From: Escherichia coli
GTDB lineage: Bacteria > Pseudomonadota > Gammaproteobacteria > Enterobacterales > Enterobacteriaceae
Assembly (NCBI RefSeq): GCF_003334255.1
Contig: NZ_QOWU01000009.1
Reading direction: 5' to 3' (one strand)
DNA length: 64,000 bases
Shown: piece after piece, positions 58,232-64,000 of the stretch
Numbering within the stretch: the stretch's first letter is position 1
Layout of the letters: each line of letters starts with the position of its first letter
Notes under the pieces: model-generated
Seen by the model: only the letters and a program-made list of their open reading frames with translations
What the model was told of the DNA's origin: nothing
Databases searched by the model: none
Made by a program: the position numbers and the translations under genes

Positions 58232-58561
58232 TTATTTACGGTACAAAATGGCTTGTGAATACCACTGTCCTGTCACGATGGTTTCGTCCACCATGACGAC
58301 AACGTAATAATCAGCTTTTGCAGCGACAGCTTTCGCTTTGATTTCTGCTAATGCGTCATCCGGAGAACCCCGAACCATCGTGCTTACGCTACCTATTCGC
58401 TGTAACCCTTGCGTCTGGTCGCGGCGAATCTCTTGCGGATGGTCCGTTACTGGCGGTGCTGGCTGTGGCGTACCTTGCAGTGCGCTACAGGCACTTAACA
58501 TCAACACCAATAATAAACTGGCAAACCGGTAAATAACGCTATTACGTTTCCTGCTAACCAT
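58232..58561 (-). CDS. bsmA: Biofilm/stress lipoprotein BsmA (109 aa)
   Basis: The ORF-track entry is 142 aa. The ATG at 58559-61 gives MVSRKRNSVIYRFASLLLVLMLSACSALQ (lipobox LSAC). Its C-terminus is ...WYSQAILYRK. Confidence 0.85.
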   Translation of the reverse strand: MVSRKRNSVIYRFASLLLVLMLSACSALQGTPQPAPPVTDHPQEIRRDQTQGLQRIGSVSTMVRGSPDDALAEIKAKAVAAKADYYVVVMVDETIVTGQWYSQAILYRK

Positions 58562-58742
58562 AGTGTAGTGCCTTATTAATTTAACTTTGGGGGAATGTTC
58601 CCGAATTGTTACCTGGTACGCGATTTTCGAATGAAAACGTGACGAAAGCGTAACCCACATCTCAACATTATGAACTAATACCGCCAGCAGAAACTTGTGC
58701 TAAGGATTTCTTCATGTCATACCAGACAAAAAGGAGAGACAG

Positions 58743-59492
58743 ATGATTGAAATAGAATCACGCGAGCTGGCAGATATTCCCGTTCTTCATGCTTATCCTG
58801 TCGGACAAAAAGATACCCCGTTACCGTGCGCGATTTTTTATCACGGCTTTACTTCGTCCAGTCTGGTGTATAGCTATTTTGCCGTTGCGCTGGCGCAGGC
58901 TGGTTTGCGGGTGATCATGCCGGATGCGCCCGATCACGGTAGTCGTTTTAGTGGCGACGCAGCGCGGCGGTTAAATCAATTCTGGCAAATCTTGCTACAA
59001 AGTATGCAGGAATTCACTACTTTACGTGCGGCAATAGCCGAAGAAAAGTGGCTGCTTGATGACCGTCTGGCAGTCGGTGGTGCGTCGATGGGCGCGATGA
59101 CGGCACTGGGGATTACCGCTCGCCACCCCACGGTGAGATGTACCGCCAGCATGATGGGATCGGGCTATTTTACATCGCTCGCCCGTTCACTGTTTCCACC
59201 GCTGATACCTGAAACGGCAGCACAACAGAATGAATTCAATAACATTGTCGCGCCGCTGGCAGAGTGGGAAGCGACAAACCACCTGGAACAACTTGGTGAC
59301 AGACCTCTACTGCTGTGGCATGGCCTCGACGATGACGTTGTGCCTGCCGATGAATCACTACGTTTGCAGCAGGCCTTAAGCGAGACGGGACGGGATAAAC
59401 TGCTAACCTGTTCATGGCAGCCAGGCGTGCGTCACCGCATTACGCCTGAGGCGTTAGATGCTGCAGTGACATTTTTCCGCCAGCATCTTTAA
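58743..59492 (+). CDS. yjfP: Alpha/beta-hydrolase esterase
   Basis: 249-aa ORF with the nucleophile elbow GASMG. Confidence 0.88.
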
Positions 59493-60244
59493 ACACGCAG
59501 AATGCTGACCCCTTGCGCTTCCAGTTGTTGCAGGATTTCCGGGTTAGCATTTTTGCCGGTGATCAGCATATCAATTTGATCGGCACGGCTAAAAAGCATT
59601 CCCGCGCGTTCGCCAATCTTACTGCTATCAACCAGTACCACCAGTTTCCCTACCACGCTCAGCATCTTCTGCTCTGCCATTGCCGTCAGCATATCGGTTT
59701 TATACAACCCTTCTGCTGTCAGTCCTTTGCCGCTGGTAAACATCCAGTGCCCGGCATAGAGACTGTTTTCGCTGCCCTGCGGGCTTAAAGTGATGGACTG
59801 ACTTTTGTTGTACTGTCCGCCCATAATGATCACGCTGTCATGTTCTTGATCGATCAGGTAATTTGCCAGCGGTAGATAATTAGTGATGATTTGCACTGGC
59901 TTGCCACACATTTCCCGCCCAAGCAGAAACGCGGTGGAGCCGCAGTTGATGACTACGCTTTCGCCCGGATTAACCAGCTGCGAGGCCGCTTTAGCGATAC
60001 GTACTTTTTCATCGTGATTCTGCGCCTGATGCAGATTCATCGGCGTCCAGCGCGGGCGCTGTTGGGTAATAGCTTCTGCGCCATTGCGCACTTTTTTCAG
60101 TTTGCCGCTTTCGTCAAGTTTATTGATATCGCGTCGCGCAGTGGCAGGCGAAATTCCCAGACGCTCAACGACTTTCTCAACGGTCACAAAGCCCAATTGT
60201 GCGAGCATTTCCAGGAGGATTTGATGTCTTTGTGCTTCAGTCAT
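59489..60244 (-). CDS. ulaR: DeoR-family repressor of the ula regulon
   Basis: 251-aa ORF with an N-terminal DeoR HTH and a C-terminal sugar-phosphate-binding domain. Confidence 0.93.
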
Positions 60245-60305
60245 GAGCTATTCCGATAAAATTTGATTTTTTTAGATGATATTTGAAATAGCCAGGAAAT
60301 ACTAC

Positions 60306-60339
60306 GCCGGATAGCGCGAACTACTCCACGCTATCCGGT
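60306..60339 (-). terminator. Stem-loop downstream of ulaG
   Basis: GCCGGATAGCG ... CGCTATCCGGT forms a 10-11 bp stem with a 12-nt loop, 13 nt past the ulaG stop. The U-run on the minus strand is only weak. Confidence 0.5.
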
Positions 60340-60351
60340 ATAAACGACAGA

Positions 60352-61416
60352 TTACAGGAATGACTTGAACGGCAGATCCGGTTCAATAGTGAAGCAATCA
60401 TCGAAACCACGCGGATAGTGGTACTCGAAGTTGTCTTTATCCAACGGCCAGGTAAATTTGCCGCCAACCTGCCAGATAAACGGCTTGAAGCCATACTTCA
60501 GGCGATCTTTTTTCATCTCCCACAGCACGCGGATCTCTTGCGGATCGGCCTGGAAGTTTGACCAGATATCGTGGTGGAACGGGATAACCACTTTCGCATT
60601 CAGGGCTTCACCCATACGCAGCATATCGGCGCTGGTCATTTTGTCGGTGATACCGCGCGGGTTTTCGCCGTATGAACCTAAAGCCACGTCGATCTGATGT
60701 TCGTTACCGTGCTTCGCATAATAGTTAGAGTAGTGGGAGTCGCCGCTGTGATACAGGGAGCCGCCAGGCGTTTTGAACAGATAGTTCACCGCGCGATCGT
60801 CCATGCCGTCCGGCAGTACGCCAGCCGCTTTTTGATCGGCAGGCAGGGTGATCAGTGCAGTACGGTCGAAAGCGTCAAGCGCATGAATTTCAATGTCTTT
60901 CACTTTTACAACATCGCCCGGTTTGACCACGATGCAACGCTCTTTCGGTACGCCCCAGCCAATCCACAAATCCACACAGGTTTTCGGTCCAATGAACGGT
61001 ACGTCATCAGCACAGTTCTGCATCACAGCAGCAGCGACGTTGACGTCGATATGATCGTTGTGATCGTGAGTCGCCAGTACCGCGTCGACCTGGCGAATCG
61101 CAAACGGATCAAGAACAAACGGGGTGGTGCGCAGGTTTGGCTGCAGTTTTTTCACGCCAGCCATGCGCTGCATTTGGTGACCCTGTTTCATTAACGGGTT
61201 ACCGTGACTTTGTTTGCCAGTGCCGCACCAGAAATCAACGCAAACGTTGGTGCCACCTTCCGATTTTAACCAGATCCCGGTGCAGCCAAGCCACCACATC
61301 GCAAATGTGCCAGGAGCGACCTGTTCTTGTTCAATTTCTTCATTCAACCAGCTACCCCACTCCGGGAAAGTGCTCAGGATCCAGGATTCACGGGTGATAC
61401 TTTTCACTTTACTCAT
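60352..61416 (-). CDS. ulaG: L-ascorbate-6-phosphate lactonase (metallo-beta-lactamase fold, 354 aa)
   Basis: The ORF was trimmed to the ATG at 61414-16 ([23 protein letters not shown]). It has the motif THDHNDH. Confidence 0.93.
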   Translation of the reverse strand: MSKVKSITRESWILSTFPEWGSWLNEEIEQEQVAPGTFAMWWLGCTGIWLKSEGGTNVCVDFWCGTGKQSHGNPLMKQGHQMQRMAGVKKLQPNLRTTPFVLDPFAIRQVDAVLATHDHNDHIDVNVAAAVMQNCADDVPFIGPKTCVDLWIGWGVPKERCIVVKPGDVVKVKDIEIHALDAFDRTALITLPADQKAAGVLPDGMDDRAVNYLFKTPGGSLYHSGDSHYSNYYAKHGNEHQIDVALGSYGENPRGITDKMTSADMLRMGEALNAKVVIPFHHDIWSNFQADPQEIRVLWEMKKDRLKYGFKPFIWQVGGKFTWPLDKDNFEYHYPRGFDDCFTIEPDLPFKSFL

Positions 61417-61713
61417 CGCCATTTACCTTCATGATAGTTCAATTTGAATCAATATGTGATTGGTTTTGATTAATCCTGACACTATTTTTTCAGGAAGGCA
61501 ATGACCATTTTTTGACTTTTTGCCAGGGAAGTTGTTGTTGATTTTGAGTGTGGAAAGATTTAATGGAATGTGTAGTTAAATTAACTAAATGAATTTAAAT
61601 AAATAATTGTTTCGTTATGTGAATCCCACTCTATCCGTGTGGAATTATTTGCGGGTCGCGTCACATTTAATCATAAATAATCTTGTTGTGATTACTTTTG
61701 AAAATTAGAGTGA

Positions 61714-63168
<1,455 letters not shown>

Positions 63169-63183
63169 TAAGGAGTTTTGATT

Positions 63184-63489
63184 ATGACCGTACGTATTCT
63201 GGCTGTGTGTGGCAACGGACAAGGCAGTTCCATGATCATGAAGATGAAAGTGGACCAGTTTTTAACCCAATCAAACATTGACCACACGGTAAACAGCTGC
63301 GCGGTTGGCGAATACAAAAGCGAGTTGAGCGGCGCGGATATCATCATCGCTTCTACGCACATTGCGGGCGAAATCACCGTGACCGGCAACAAATACGTGG
63401 TTGGTGTGCGCAACATGCTCTCTCCTGCCGACTTTGGCCCGAAACTGCTGGAAGTGATCAAAGAGCATTTCCCGCAGGATGTGAAGTAA
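63184..63489 (+). CDS. ulaB: Ascorbate-specific PTS EIIB component (101 aa)
   Basis: The ATG at 63184 gives [22 protein letters not shown], with the phospho-Cys in VCGNG. Confidence 0.93.
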
Positions 63490-63498
63490 GGACGCGCC

Positions 63499-63963
63499 AT
63501 GAAATTACGTGATTCGCTGGCGGAGAATAAATCCATCCGCCTGCAGGCTGAAGCTGAGACATGGCAGGACGCAGTAAAAATCGGCGTTGACCTGCTGGTG
63601 GCGGCGGATGTTGTCGAGCCGCGTTACTACCAGGCGATTCTGGATGCGGTTGAACAGCACGGTCCGTACTTTGTGCTCGCACCAGGCCTGGCAATGCCGC
63701 ACGGTCGCCCGGAAGAGGGCGTTAAGAAAACCGGTTTTGCGCTGGTGACGCTGAAAAAGCCTCTGGAGTTCAACCACGAAGATAACGACCCGGTGGATAT
63801 CCTCATCACCATGGCGGCGGTCGATGCCAACACGCACCAGGAAGTGGGCATCATGCAGATCGTCAACCTGTTTGAAGATGAAGAAAATTTCGACCGTTTA
63901 CGTGCCTGCCGTACCGAGCAGGAAGTACTGGATCTCATTGACCGCACCAACGCGGCAGCTTAA
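63499..63963 (+). CDS. ulaC: Ascorbate-specific PTS EIIA component
   Basis: 154-aa ORF with a PTS EIIA type-2 fold ([10 protein letters not shown]). Confidence 0.93.
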   Translation: MKLRDSLAENKSIRLQAEAETWQDAVKIGVDLLVAADVVEPRYYQAILDAVEQHGPYFVLAPGLAMPHGRPEEGVKKTGFALVTLKKPLEFNHEDNDPVDILITMAAVDANTHQEVGIMQIVNLFEDEENFDRLRACRTEQEVLDLIDRTNAAA

Positions 63964-63976
63964 GAAGGAATTGAAG

Positions 63977-64000
63977 ATGTCATTACCGATGTTACAAGTC
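63977..64000 (+). CDS. ulaD: 3-keto-L-gulonate-6-phosphate decarboxylase, first 8 codons (runs off the right edge)
   Basis: ATG TCA TTA CCG ATG TTA CAA GTC gives MSLPMLQV, with SD AAGGAA upstream. It matches the remembered UlaD N-terminus and the operon order. Confidence 0.75.

Overview
The window reads as a collinear stretch of an Escherichia coli K-12-type chromosome, around the 94-95 min region by recollection. I identified genes by recognising proteins in the ORF track and by reading both strands by hand; no search was run.

Gene order, left to right:
- 5' end of cadA, cadB, cadC, a decayed integrase remnant, pheU
- yjdC-dsbD-cutA, dcuA-aspA, fxsA, yjeH, groES-groEL, yjeI, yjeJ
- epmB and efp (divergent), ecnA, ecnB, a guanidine-II riboswitch with gdx (sugE), blc, ampC, frdDCBA, epmA
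- yjeM, yjeN, yjeO, mscM-psd, rsgA and orn (divergent)
- three tandem tRNA-Gly genes (glyVXY), the non-coding datA DnaA-box/IHF locus, queG
- the nnr-tsaE-amiB-mutL-miaA-hfq-hflX-hflK-hflC block
- yjeT, purA, nsrR-rnr-rlmB, yjfI-J-K-L-M-C, aidB, yjfN, bsmA, yjfP
- ulaR, ulaG, ulaA-B-C and the first 8 codons of ulaD

Many ORF-track entries carry spurious N-terminal extensions. I trimmed these to the start codon that matches the remembered protein N-terminus and length, and checked each codon in the sequence. Two annotated small lipoprotein genes, ecnA and ecnB, fall below the track's size cut-off and were found by hand.

Features outside the coding track:
- 4 tRNAs
- REP/BIME elements at four sites
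- several rho-independent terminators
- the groE sigma32 promoter
- the ampC promoter and attenuator embedded in the end of frd
- stringent-type tRNA promoters
- a mini-ykkC (guanidine-II) riboswitch
- the datA DnaA-box cluster
- strand-biased Chi sites

I saw no IS element, prophage, CRISPR array or obvious defence island, and no insertion relative to the K-12 gene order as I remember it. The best candidate for an under-described system is the six-gene yjfIJKLMC cluster (PspA/ESCRT-III-like protein, small membrane proteins and a glutathionylspermidine-synthase-like ATP-grasp enzyme). Smaller unknowns are the orphan yjeJ bracketed by inverted BIMEs and the overlapping yjeN-yjeO pair. Most of the rest is well-characterised core genome, and interest scores reflect that.
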